In this document: positions 46,126 through 55,013 of the stretch, one piece after another | Numbering within the stretch: position 1 is the stretch's first letter | Layout: each line of letters begins with the position of its first letter | DNA from: an uncultured Gemmatimonadales bacterium | Lineage (GTDB): Bacteria > Gemmatimonadota > Gemmatimonadetes > Longimicrobiales > RSA9 | Assembly (NCBI GenBank): GCA_963708135.1 | Contig: OY970192.1 | Coordinates: 224,001 to 288,000 of the forward strand | Reading direction: 5' to 3' | DNA length: 64,000 bases | The notes under the pieces: model-generated | Database searches by the model: none | Told to the model about the DNA's origin: nothing | The model's input: only the letters and a program-made list of their open reading frames with translations | Made by a program: the position numbers and the translations under genes

Positions 46126-47540
46126 GGCGTGGACTCCAGGTTGAGGGCGAGCCAGCGCGGCGAGAGCTCGCCGGTCGAGCGCGCGATGTCGATCCTCGCT
46201 CCGAGCAGCGCGTAGCGCGCGCCGGTCAGCGAGGCCTCCGCCTCGTACAGCGCCGCCTCCGCCGCCAGGTAGTCCGTCTGCGTCCCCGCGCCGGCGTTCA
46301 GCGAGAGCGTCTCGATCCGCACCACCTCGCGGGACTGCCGCACGGCCGCCTCCAGCGCGGTCGTGCGGGCCGCCGCCGAGCGCCAGGCGACGAGCGCCGC
46401 ATCCAGCGACCGCGCCACGTCCCGCTCCGCCTGCCGCTCCGCCGCCGCCGCGCTCCTCGCCTCGGCGTCCGCGGCATCCACCGCGCTCGCCCGCGCGCCG
46501 CCCGTGAACAGCGGGTACGAGAGCTGGACGCCCCCCTGCCACTCGCCCTGGGGGCTGCCGCTCGCGCTGCCGTACTCGTTGTAGCGGCCGAGCGTCTGGA
46601 GCCGCGGCAGCCACGCCGCGCGCGCCTCCGAGCGCCCCGCCTCCGCCGCAGCCCGCTCGCGGCGCGCGCGCGCGAGCTCCGGACTCGAGCCGAGCGCTCG
46701 CTCGAGCAGGACGGCCCGGTCCGGTGCCGCCCCCTGGCCCCGCACGGGCGCGAGCGCGCGAGCGTGAACCTGCTCCAGGGGAACATCCATGGCGCGCGCC
46801 AGCTCCCGCTCGGCGGCGTCCGCCTCCGCATCCGCCCCGACACTGTCCGCGCGCGCCCGGGCCAGCGCCGCCTCGGCGCGGACGAGGTCGATCTGGGCGC
46901 CCTTCCCCTCGTGGAACATCTGCCCGGCCCGATCCTCTTCCGCCGCGAGCGCCCGCACCCGGGCCGCCGCCGCCGCGAGTACCTCGCGGCTCGAGCGGAC
47001 GCGCAGGTACGACTTCGCCGCGGCCGCGGTCTGCGCCGCCGCCGCCGCGCTCACCGCCGCGCCCGCCGCGGCCTCCGTCTCCCGCGCCCGGCGCACGCGC
47101 GCGGCGCGCGCGCCGCCGTCGAAGAGGAGCCAGCCGAGCGAGGCGTCGCCCTGGTAGAGCGTGCGGTCGAACGCAGGCGGGCTGCGCAGGTCGAAGCCGT
47201 GCAGCGGCGCCACCACCATCGGCTTCTCGAAGCGGACCGCGCTGCCGTTCACCGACAGGGAGGGCAGCCACGCCGAGCGCGCCTGCCCGACCGCCGCCGC
47301 CGCCCGGTCCTCGCCCGCCCGCGCCGAGGCCACCGCCGGGCTGGCCCCGAGTGCCGCCGCCACCGCCGCGTCCAGCGTCAGCGTGTCTTCCGCCGCGCCC
47401 TGCGCCGCGAGCGGCCCGGCGAGCAGCAGCGGCGCCGCCAGCAGGAGAAGCACTCCGCCGAGCCGCGGGAGATCCCCGCCATGCGTCCGCCGCCACGCCT
47501 CCGCCGCCGTGCCGGCGACGCCTCCCAGGTCCCTCCTCAT
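46122..47540 (-). CDS. TolC family outer membrane efflux protein
   Basis: LTLDAAVAAAL..SP, LP.L, LFDGG / LFTGG repeats; operon context. Confidence 0.88.
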   Translation of the reverse strand: MRRDLGGVAGTAAEAWRRTHGGDLPRLGGVLLLLAAPLLLAGPLAAQGAAEDTLTLDAAVAAALGASPAVASARAGEDRAAAAVGQARSAWLPSLSVNGSAVRFEKPMVVAPLHGFDLRSPPAFDRTLYQGDASLGWLLFDGGARAARVRRARETEAAAGAAVSAAAAAQTAAAAKSYLRVRSSREVLAAAAARVRALAAEEDRAGQMFHEGKGAQIDLVRAEAALARARADSVGADAEADAAERELARAMDVPLEQVHARALAPVRGQGAAPDRAVLLERALGSSPELARARRERAAAEAGRSEARAAWLPRLQTLGRYNEYGSASGSPQGEWQGGVQLSYPLFTGGARASAVDAADAEARSAAAAERQAERDVARSLDAALVAWRSAAARTTALEAAVRQSREVVRIETLSLNAGAGTQTDYLAAEAALYEAEASLTGARYALLGARIDIARSTGELSPRWLALNLESTP

Positions 47541-48268
47541 CGCGCCTCCTCCTCCGTGCTCGCCAGCCCCCGACGCACGAACAGCGCGGCGTGGTCCACC
47601 ATGCGGCGCCGCGTATCCGCCTCGCGCGTGTCCAGCTTCATGATCTTGCGCAACATCGGCCGCGCCAGCGTCATGTGTACCGGCTGCGAGATCACGCTCG
47701 CCGCCATGAGCGAGGCGTCCCCCGGCCGGATCGTGCCGTCCCGCTGCCCCTGCTCCACCGCCCCCCGCAGCGCGGCGAGCATCGGCCGCATCACCGCCGC
47801 CGCCTCCTCCGGCAGCTCCCGCCCCACGATCACCTCCTGCATCATCAGCTGCGGCACCTCCGGATTCGCGTCCAGCGACGCGAAGAACGCCCGCACCACC
47901 GCCTCGATCCGGTCCAGCGGCGCCCCCGGCCCCGCCGCCGCCGCGAGCACCCGCTCCCGGAACGGCCCCACGCACGCCGCCACCACCGCACCGTACAGCG
48001 CCCGCTTCGAGCCGAAGTGGTACGTGATCGCCCCCAGGTTCGCCCCCGCCGCCCGCGTGATCGCACGCACCGACGTGCCATCGTAGCCGTGGCGCGTGAA
48101 GAGCCGCCGCCCCGCGCGGATGAGCGCGTGCGCCGTCGCGGGACCGGGCGAGTCCGCCGCAGCGGACGGCCGCCCGGCCGGGTGGGCCTCGTGGGCTCCG
48201 TGGGTCTGGCTCGCGCCGGCTGGCCGTGCGTGGCCGGCCGTGGTCTTCCTGCCGCTCGATTCCTTCAT
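47537..48268 (-). CDS. TetR/AcrR family regulator (CecR/YbiH-like)
   Basis: LF..HGYDGTSVRAI..AGANLGAITYHFGSK; start uncertain. Confidence 0.9.
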   Translation of the reverse strand: MKESSGRKTTAGHARPAGASQTHGAHEAHPAGRPSAAADSPGPATAHALIRAGRRLFTRHGYDGTSVRAITRAAGANLGAITYHFGSKRALYGAVVAACVGPFRERVLAAAAGPGAPLDRIEAVVRAFFASLDANPEVPQLMMQEVIVGRELPEEAAAVMRPMLAALRGAVEQGQRDGTIRPGDASLMAASVISQPVHMTLARPMLRKIMKLDTREADTRRRMVDHAALFVRRGLASTEEEAR

Positions 48269-48281
48269 ACGACTGTATGAA
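48264..48281. promoter_or_regulatory. Palindromic operator candidate TTCATAC-N4-GTATGAA
   Basis: Perfect AT-rich 7-bp inverted repeat at the head of the TetR operon. Confidence 0.7.
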
Positions 48282-48680
48282 TAAGCCGCCGCGACCGCGC
48301 GCGCAAGAGTGGCCTCGGCCGAGAAGGGGAGAGTGGGAGAGGGGGAGAGTGGGAGAGTGGGAGACGGGTGAGCTCGCGGCGGCGCGCGGGTTGCCGGGGC
48401 GGGAGCGGTTGCCGGCGCACGCCGGCCGGGGCGCGGACGCGCCCATGGCGCGCCGGCGGCGGCCACGACGCTGGCGCACCGGCGATCAAGGTTCTGGCCA
48501 GAACGCGCCGAACGTGCTACCATGGCTCCGCGCAGGCGCAGGATTTCCCCGATCCCGTGTCGCGCGCCAGCCTCGCGTTCCCCGCGTGGGCCGCTTGTCA
48601 CTCGACAAGATGGCATTCCCCGGCACGAGCAGTCGCTCGCGCCGGAGCCGGATCACCTCTCCCTGATCCCGGAGGATCTC

Positions 48681-50123
48681 ATGCGGAGGATTGTCCCTCT
48701 GATCATCGGGCTGGGCCTGGCCGCGTCCGCGTGCGCCGACTCGCCCACCGTGCCGCATTCGGCGGCGCGCGTGCACGCGGCGATGGCCGCCGCTGACAGA
48801 ACGAGCGTCACGGCCGGCGGCTATCTCGTCGCCTTCCGGGGCGGTGGTGTGCCGGCGGGCTTCGCCTCGGACGTGGCGACGCTGGGCGGGCGGGTGCTGT
48901 GGTCGCACGGAGGCGTCGGACTGGCGTCGGTGGCCGGCCTGGATGCCGCGGGGGCGGCGACGCTGGGGCGCTCGCGCGACGTGGCGGAGGTGGACCCGGA
49001 CCCGATCGTTTCGCTGGAAGCGCCGCCGGCCTCACGGATGGTGCGGGCGTCACTCCCGGGAGTGACTGCGGCGGAGAACCCGGCGGGAGCCTTACTCTAC
49101 GGCTGGCAGTGGAACATGCTGGCGATCCATGCGGATGCGGCGTGGTCGAGCGGGCATCTCGGCTCCGCGGCCGTGACCGTGGCGATCCTCGACACGGGGG
49201 TGGACTACGACGACTACGACCTGGCGGGGCTGGTGGACCTGTCGCGCTCGAAGTCGTTCGTGGAGAGCGACGACGAGATCACGGCGACGTACTTCCCGAC
49301 GCGGAGCGCGGTGAGCGACTACAACGGGCACGGGACGAACGTGGCCAGCCAGGTGAGCAGCAACGCGCTCGTCTATGCGGGCGTGACGTCCCGGACGACG
49401 CTGATGGCCGTGAAGGTGCTGGGAGCGGATGGGCAGGGTGGCCTGGGCGCGATTCTGGGCGGGGTGCTCTGGGCGGCGGACCACGGCGCGAACATCGCGA
49501 ACATGAGCCTCGGCGGGGCGTTCGCCAAGGCGGCCGCCGGGCGGCTCACGTCGCTGGTCAACGGTGTCTTCAACTACGCCAGACGTCGGGGCATGTTGAT
49601 CGTTGTCTCGGCGGGCAACGACTCCGAGGACATGGACCACGACGGCAACCTGAACGTGATCTTCTGCGCCTCGCCGCACGTGCTGTGCGTGTCGGCGCTG
49701 GGTCCCACCCTGCCCGACGGTTCGCCGGACGAGTTCGCGGGCTACAGCAACTACGGTCGCTCCGAGATCTCCGTGGCGGCACCCGGGGGGAACATCGGCT
49801 CCGAGGTCGCGCTCTGGCCCTGGGGCGCCGGAAGCGCATCGGCGGTCTGGAGCCTCTGCTCGAAGACCTACCTCTCGGGCGGCGACCCCACCGCGCTGCC
49901 CTGCGCGAACGGCCTGGGCCTTCTGGGCTACGCCGGCACCAGCCAGGCGGCTCCGCACGTCTCCGGCCTGGCCGCGCTCCTCGCCGCCGGGGGGATCACC
50001 GACCCCGCGCAGCTCAAGGCGATCATCCAGAAGTCCGCTGTGGATCTCGGGCAGCCGGGCGTGGATCCGTTCTACGGCGCCGGCCGGATCGATGTGGCGC
50101 GGGCGCTGGAGCTGTTGCGGTAG
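48681..50123 (+). CDS. S8 (subtilisin-like) serine peptidase, lipoprotein
   Basis: Lipobox ASAC; ILDTG, NGHGT, SAGN, GTSQAAPHVSG; GGAGG RBS. Confidence 0.92.
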   Translation: MRRIVPLIIGLGLAASACADSPTVPHSAARVHAAMAAADRTSVTAGGYLVAFRGGGVPAGFASDVATLGGRVLWSHGGVGLASVAGLDAAGAATLGRSRDVAEVDPDPIVSLEAPPASRMVRASLPGVTAAENPAGALLYGWQWNMLAIHADAAWSSGHLGSAAVTVAILDTGVDYDDYDLAGLVDLSRSKSFVESDDEITATYFPTRSAVSDYNGHGTNVASQVSSNALVYAGVTSRTTLMAVKVLGADGQGGLGAILGGVLWAADHGANIANMSLGGAFAKAAAGRLTSLVNGVFNYARRRGMLIVVSAGNDSEDMDHDGNLNVIFCASPHVLCVSALGPTLPDGSPDEFAGYSNYGRSEISVAAPGGNIGSEVALWPWGAGSASAVWSLCSKTYLSGGDPTALPCANGLGLLGYAGTSQAAPHVSGLAALLAAGGITDPAQLKAIIQKSAVDLGQPGVDPFYGAGRIDVARALELLR

Positions 50124-50427
50124 GACCTGCCCGGCGGGCGACGGTCGGTGCGGGCGCACCGGCCTCCGGCGAAGGGGAGTGGGAGAGTCGGAGAGTGGGG
50201 GAGCGCGGCGGCCTCGCGGCGCTCCTCCGATTCCCGTGCGCGGCGACGATCCCGGCGCGCGACCGTGCGAACGGCGCGACCGCCGCTGCCGGGTGAGCTG
50301 CGGCCGCCCGCGCGGCCGCGCACCCCGCGCGCCGCTCCCGGGCGCGGTGGCGTGCGGCGCGCGAGGACGGTCGCCCGTCCCCCACTCCCCACTCCCCCGC
50401 TCTGACGACCCCTGTCCCGGCCGCCCC

Positions 50428-50943
50428 TCAGGCCAGCCCGGGCAGAATCGCGCCCTCGAGCGCGAGCAGCCGGTCCTTCACGTCGATGCCGCCGCCGTAG
50501 CCCGCCAGCTTGCCATCGGCGCCGATCACGCGGTGGCACGGGATGACGATCGGGATCGGGTTGACGGCGTTGGCGCGCCCGACCGCCCGGGCGCCGGCCG
50601 GCCGGCCGAGCTCCACGGCCAGCGAGCCGTAGGTCCGCGTGTGGCCGTACGGGATGCGCAGCAGCGCGTCCCAGACCCGTTTCCTGAAGCCGGCGCCGCG
50701 CGGCCGCAGCGGCAGGCTGAACTCGCGCAGCTCGCCGCGGAAATAGGCGTCCAGCTGCGCGACGACGTCGGCGCACGCCGCGGCGCTCCACGCAACGTCG
50801 TCGCCGGAGGCACGGATGCCGGCGGCGAGCGCCTCCTCAGGCCCCGCGGCGTGGAAGTCGATGCGGACGAGACGGCGCTCATCGTCCACCGCGGCGAGCA
50901 GCGGGCCGATGGGGGTGTCGAAGCGGTGTGCGAGGAGCTTCAT
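50428..50943 (-). CDS. ogt: Methylated-DNA--protein-cysteine S-methyltransferase
   Basis: IPYG.T.TYG, ARAVG.AN..NP, IPCHRV active site. Confidence 0.93.
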   Translation of the reverse strand: MKLLAHRFDTPIGPLLAAVDDERRLVRIDFHAAGPEEALAAGIRASGDDVAWSAAACADVVAQLDAYFRGELREFSLPLRPRGAGFRKRVWDALLRIPYGHTRTYGSLAVELGRPAGARAVGRANAVNPIPIVIPCHRVIGADGKLAGYGGGIDVKDRLLALEGAILPGLA

Positions 50944-51977
50944 GGCTCGTCTCCCAGGCTCAGCCACAGGTGGTGCGTGGCCAGGCTGCGCCACGGCGCG
51001 AAGGGCGCCATGAGCGCACGCGTCTCCGCCGCGTCCGGCCGTTCGCTCAGCACGAAGAAGCGCCGCAGCGCCTCGCCCAGCCCCGAATCGCCGACCGGCA
51101 CGCGGTCCGGCAAGCCCACGCCGCGCATGAGGATGTAGTTCGCCGACCACGGGCCGATCCCGCGCACCGCCAGCAGCGCCGCCTCCCCGGCCGCTTCAGC
51201 CGACGCCGCCGCCGACTCGCCGCCGGCGCGCTCCGGCCCCACGCCGGCCCGGCCGCCGCCGGGCGTTCCAACCGGCGTCGAAGGCCGTCCATCGGGGCGT
51301 GCCGTGCCAACCGCGCGCGCGAGGCTCTCGAGGTCCAGCGTCCCGGCCGCGACCAGCCGGGCCGCGCCCACCAGGTACTCGGCCTTACGTCTCGAGAAGC
51401 GACGCCGCGCCAGGTCCGCGGGGTCGAGCGCGGCCACGGCCGCGGGCGTCGGATGCGCCCGCCAGCCGTCACCGGCGTCCGCGCCCGCGAGCTCGATCAC
51501 CTCGCGCCGGAGCGCGGCCGCGAAGGCGAGGTTGACCTGCTGGCCGATGATCGACCAGCACAGCGCCTCGAACACGCTGCCGTTGAGCGGCATCCGCAGT
51601 CCCCGCCGCCCGCGCACGAGCGGCGCGAGCCGGGCGTCGCGCGCCACGCGACGCTCGAAGGCGGTGGGATCCAGTCCGAGGCCGAGCACCCGCGCGGCGA
51701 GCACGCGTGCCTCGGGCTCGGCGCGCAGCGGCAGCGCGCGGCGGGCGAGGATGCGGCAGCGGGCGGCGTCGCCATCCAGCTCGATCTCGAGACGCGCGGG
51801 AATCCCGGCCAGCAGCGCCACCTTGACCGCGCACCGTCCGTCCGCCCGCTCCGTCGGGCTCAGGGGGTCGCGTCCGAGGTAGCGGAGTGGCACCTCCGCC
51901 CGGTAGCCGCGCGGCAGCTCGAGCGTGAAGGCTCGCGCGCGGGCGCGAGCCGCCGTGCCGGCGTTGTTGGTCATCAT
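50940..51977 (-). CDS. alkA: DNA-3-methyladenine glycosylase, AlkA/HhH-GPD family
   Basis: FEAL..IIGQQV, HhH RGIGPWSA, P.GD.G, PWRS.A..HLW; ATGA overlap with ogt. Confidence 0.85.
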   Translation of the reverse strand: MMTNNAGTAARARARAFTLELPRGYRAEVPLRYLGRDPLSPTERADGRCAVKVALLAGIPARLEIELDGDAARCRILARRALPLRAEPEARVLAARVLGLGLDPTAFERRVARDARLAPLVRGRRGLRMPLNGSVFEALCWSIIGQQVNLAFAAALRREVIELAGADAGDGWRAHPTPAAVAALDPADLARRRFSRRKAEYLVGAARLVAAGTLDLESLARAVGTARPDGRPSTPVGTPGGGRAGVGPERAGGESAAASAEAAGEAALLAVRGIGPWSANYILMRGVGLPDRVPVGDSGLGEALRRFFVLSERPDAAETRALMAPFAPWRSLATHHLWLSLGDEP

Positions 51978-52421
51978 GCCAACATAACACGCCCCCCGCC
52001 CGCCGCGTTCGCGTGCCCCCGTCCGTGCCCGCGGCCCTGACCCTGCCCCGTATTGCCTGTCGGTCTCCGCCCGTCCGCGTGCCCTGCCGTTCACCGCGCC
52101 GTTCGTTCCGACGGTCAGGCAGGGTTCACGGGTGGGGCTCCGTACTGTGCGCCGCCTCGTTCCGGTTGCAGGACCCGCCACTCGAGCGTAGCGGGCGCGC
52201 GACGGGCGGGTTTTGCACGCCCGGCCGGCACAACCCGGCCCTCGATGCTCCGCGGGAAATCGAGAGGCGGATTGTGACTGCCATCCATGCACAACCCGGC
52301 TTTCGGTCTGCGGGCCGCGACGAGAGGTGCCGCACGTGCGGCCGGCTGACCCCCTCCGCGGCCCCTGCCCGTGCCTCGTGCCCGCCCCCGTGCCCCTCCC
52401 GCCGTACCCCGTCGGGTCCCT

Positions 52422-52481
52422 ACCCTCACCCTCACCCTCACCCCCAATCCCACCCCCACCCTCACCCCCACCCTCACCCTC
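52422..52481. repeat. (ACCCTC)n-like hexamer tract
   Basis: Directly visible, ~10 imperfect copies. Confidence 0.85.
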
Positions 52482-52609
52482 GCAGTCAAGTAAGGATTCC
52501 CCCCGCTCACTTTCCTGGAAAGCCCCGACACCGCGCGGTGTGGCAACCGGCAACTTGGAGGCGTGGCGCGATGAGGCGCCCCGCAACCGAACGACGACGA
52601 GGTCGAGCG

Positions 52610-52993
52610 ATGATGGGCATGGAGCAGTCGGAGCCGCGCGTCGGAGGGCTGGCCTGGACGAGGCGCCTGCGCTGGGCCTGGGTGCAGGGGCCGCAGGTGC
52701 GCGACCGCTACGGGGTGAAGGAGGCGATGGTCGGGCGTCCCGAGCCGCTGGCGGTGCGTCGCCTCCCCGAGGCGGGGCAGTGCGCCGAGTGCGGCGAGGA
52801 GCTTCCCCGCCGGGCGATGGTGGGCGTGAGCGCGGGCGGTGCCGCCTACTGTGGCGCCTGCCTGACCACGACGCGCCCGGAGCCGGAGGTCCGGATCGAG
52901 TCGGAGGAAGGCGTGCGCGTGCTGGTCGGCGCCGGCGCGCCAATGCCGCGCGACCCGGGCTGCATCCGCGGCAGGATCGGACGCGTCGCGTAA
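52610..52993 (+). CDS. Hypothetical protein with CxxC...CxxC motif
   Basis: CAEC and CGAC pairs; GAGG upstream; start uncertain. Confidence 0.55.
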   Translation: MMGMEQSEPRVGGLAWTRRLRWAWVQGPQVRDRYGVKEAMVGRPEPLAVRRLPEAGQCAECGEELPRRAMVGVSAGGAAYCGACLTTTRPEPEVRIESEEGVRVLVGAGAPMPRDPGCIRGRIGRVA

Positions 52994-53035
52994 GATACTT
53001 TGGCGCGCCGGCCGCCGCGCCGGTCGCCGCGCCGG

Positions 53036-53089
53036 CCACCGCTCCACCGCTCCACCGCTCCACCGCTCCACCGCTCCGCCGCTCCACCG
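53036..53089. repeat. (CCACCGCT)n octamer tract, ~6.5 copies
   Basis: Directly visible. Confidence 0.9.
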
Positions 53090-53199
53090 ACGCCCGGGTT
53101 TACCGCACCTGCCCGCGCCGCTAGATTTGCGCGTCGCCTCGCGGAGCCCCGCGGGTGCGCCAGCCCGGGCCGGCTGCCGCCGCTCCCGGCCGGGCAACC

Positions 53200-53272
53200 G
53201 GGGCGTTAGCTCAGTTGGGAGAGCGTCTGGTTTGCAACCAGAAGGTCACCGGTTCGAGCCCGGTACGCTCCA
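53200..53272 (+). tRNA. tRNA-Ala (TGC), CCA not encoded
   Basis: Cloverleaf with acceptor GGGGCGT/ACGCTCC (G3:U70), anticodon arm TCTGG-TTTGCAA-CCAGA, GGTTCGAGCCC T-arm; TTTACC-17-TAGATT upstream. Confidence 0.96.
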
Positions 53273-53568
53273 TTTCCCCGAGGTCCCTCCCCGCTGGACT
53301 GCCTGTCGCCAGGCGCAGCGGGAGCTCGCTTCCCGAGGGCCCGTCCTGACGCCCGGCGGCGTCGCTGGCAGCAACGCTCCCCTGGCGGCGCTATGGCGCG
53401 GGAGATCCCCGCCGTCGACGCTCTTCGATCCTCCGCAGGTCCCTCCGCTCCGTTGTCCGCCTCGCCTGGGCCGGCCTCCGCGCATTCGGTAAGATCATTG
53501 ACAAAATCGCGGCGGCATCGAGAAATGGGCGGCGGGCGGACGCGGGTGGGGCGCAGGAGAGGAGTCGG

Positions 53569-54789
53569 ATGCGAAAGATCAACACGCGCAGCTTCCGCCG
53601 GGCGACCCGCAGCACGGCGCGGGAGGTGAACCGCCAGATCGTGCTGAACCTGGTGCGGGAGCACCAGCCGGTCTCGCGGGCGGAGCTGGCGCGGCTGCTG
53701 GACGTGGCGCGGGGGTCGGTGACGCCGCTGGTGAAGGCGCTGCTAGCGGACGATCTGATCTACGAGCGCTCGAGCGGGGCCACGGCGCGGGGGCGGCGGC
53801 CGAAGCTGCTGTACGTGCGGACGCGGGACCGTCTGGCCGTGGGGATCGACGTGCGCTCGAGCGGGACCTCGATCCTGCTGGGCGACTTCTCGGGGCGCCA
53901 GATCGCGCGCGAGACAATGGCGACGCCGGCCTCGGCGGAGGCGCTCGTGGCGCAGCTGGTCGCCCACGTGCGGCGGCTGCTGCGCGAGTTCGGCGATCAC
54001 GGCGAGTGCGAGGGGGTCGGGCTGGTGGTGCCGGGGATGGTGGACCGGAGCACGGGGGTGGTGCTGAACGCGCCGACCGTGGGCTGGCGCGAGGTGGACC
54101 TGCGCGGTGCCCTCGCCGCGGAGCTGGATCTGCCGGTGCACATCGACCGCGACGCCGTCGCCTGCGCGATGGCCCATATGTGGCTCAGCCACCCGGGCGG
54201 GGACGCCGCCGACAACTTCGTCTATCTCACCGTCTCGGACGGCGTCGGCACCAGCCTCGTCGTCGGCGGCGCCGTGCTGCGCGGATTCTGGAGCACTGCC
54301 GGCGAGTTCGGCCACCTGCCGATCAGCCTCGACGGCCCGCAGTGCGCCTGCGGCGCCCGCGGCTGCCTCGAGGCGTACGCGTCCAACCTCGCCACCGTCG
54401 CGCGTTATTTGGGCAGGGACCTCGCCTCACACGACGCATACGCGGCCGTTCGGGAGGCCGGCACAGGCATCGCCGACGTCATCGCGCGCGCCCGGTCCGG
54501 CGATGCCGCTGCCGTCTGGGCGCTCTGGGAGACCGGCCGCTACCTCGGCATCGGCATCGCCAACATCATCAACTCCGTCAGCCCCGCGCGCGTCGTCGTG
54601 GGCGGCGAGATCACCGGGGCCTGGGACCTCATCGAGCGCGCCGTCGCCGACTCGATCCGCGCCCGCGCCCTCACCGGCGCGTCCGCCGCCACCCCGATCG
54701 TGGTGGAGAGAGGCGAGGACGCGCTCCGCCTGCGCGGCGCGTCGGCGCTCGTGCTCGCCCCGGTGTTCGTGGCGCCGGAGGTGGCGTGA
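53569..54789 (+). CDS. ROK family transcriptional regulator (NagC/XylR-like)
   Basis: N-terminal wHTH (SRAELAR), GRRP linker, AGEFGH, CACGARGCLE zinc motif. Confidence 0.93.
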   Translation: MRKINTRSFRRATRSTAREVNRQIVLNLVREHQPVSRAELARLLDVARGSVTPLVKALLADDLIYERSSGATARGRRPKLLYVRTRDRLAVGIDVRSSGTSILLGDFSGRQIARETMATPASAEALVAQLVAHVRRLLREFGDHGECEGVGLVVPGMVDRSTGVVLNAPTVGWREVDLRGALAAELDLPVHIDRDAVACAMAHMWLSHPGGDAADNFVYLTVSDGVGTSLVVGGAVLRGFWSTAGEFGHLPISLDGPQCACGARGCLEAYASNLATVARYLGRDLASHDAYAAVREAGTGIADVIARARSGDAAAVWALWETGRYLGIGIANIINSVSPARVVVGGEITGAWDLIERAVADSIRARALTGASAATPIVVERGEDALRLRGASALVLAPVFVAPEVA

Positions 54790-54911
54790 CGGCCGCGTCC
54801 GCAGAACGGGCGACGCGCGGCCTGTCCGCGGCCGGATCCCGGCGGTGGCCGCGTGGCCGTCCGGGTCGGGGCCAGCCCCGGTCCGGACCTCGCTTCGTGG
54901 CGATTGACGAG

Positions 54912-54926
54912 TTTGTTGACAAAATC
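54912..54926. promoter_or_regulatory. Candidate ROK operator / -35 element upstream of susC
   Basis: TTTGT-TG-ACAAA palindrome; TTGACAAAATC also present at 53498-53508 upstream of the ROK gene. Confidence 0.55.
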
Positions 54927-55013
54927 ATGGCCGGTCATTAGACAGAGACCCTGATTCCACCGACTCCGGATCAGTCAACGCGCCGGAGCGTCGTTGAACT
55001 CACAACCTACGAG

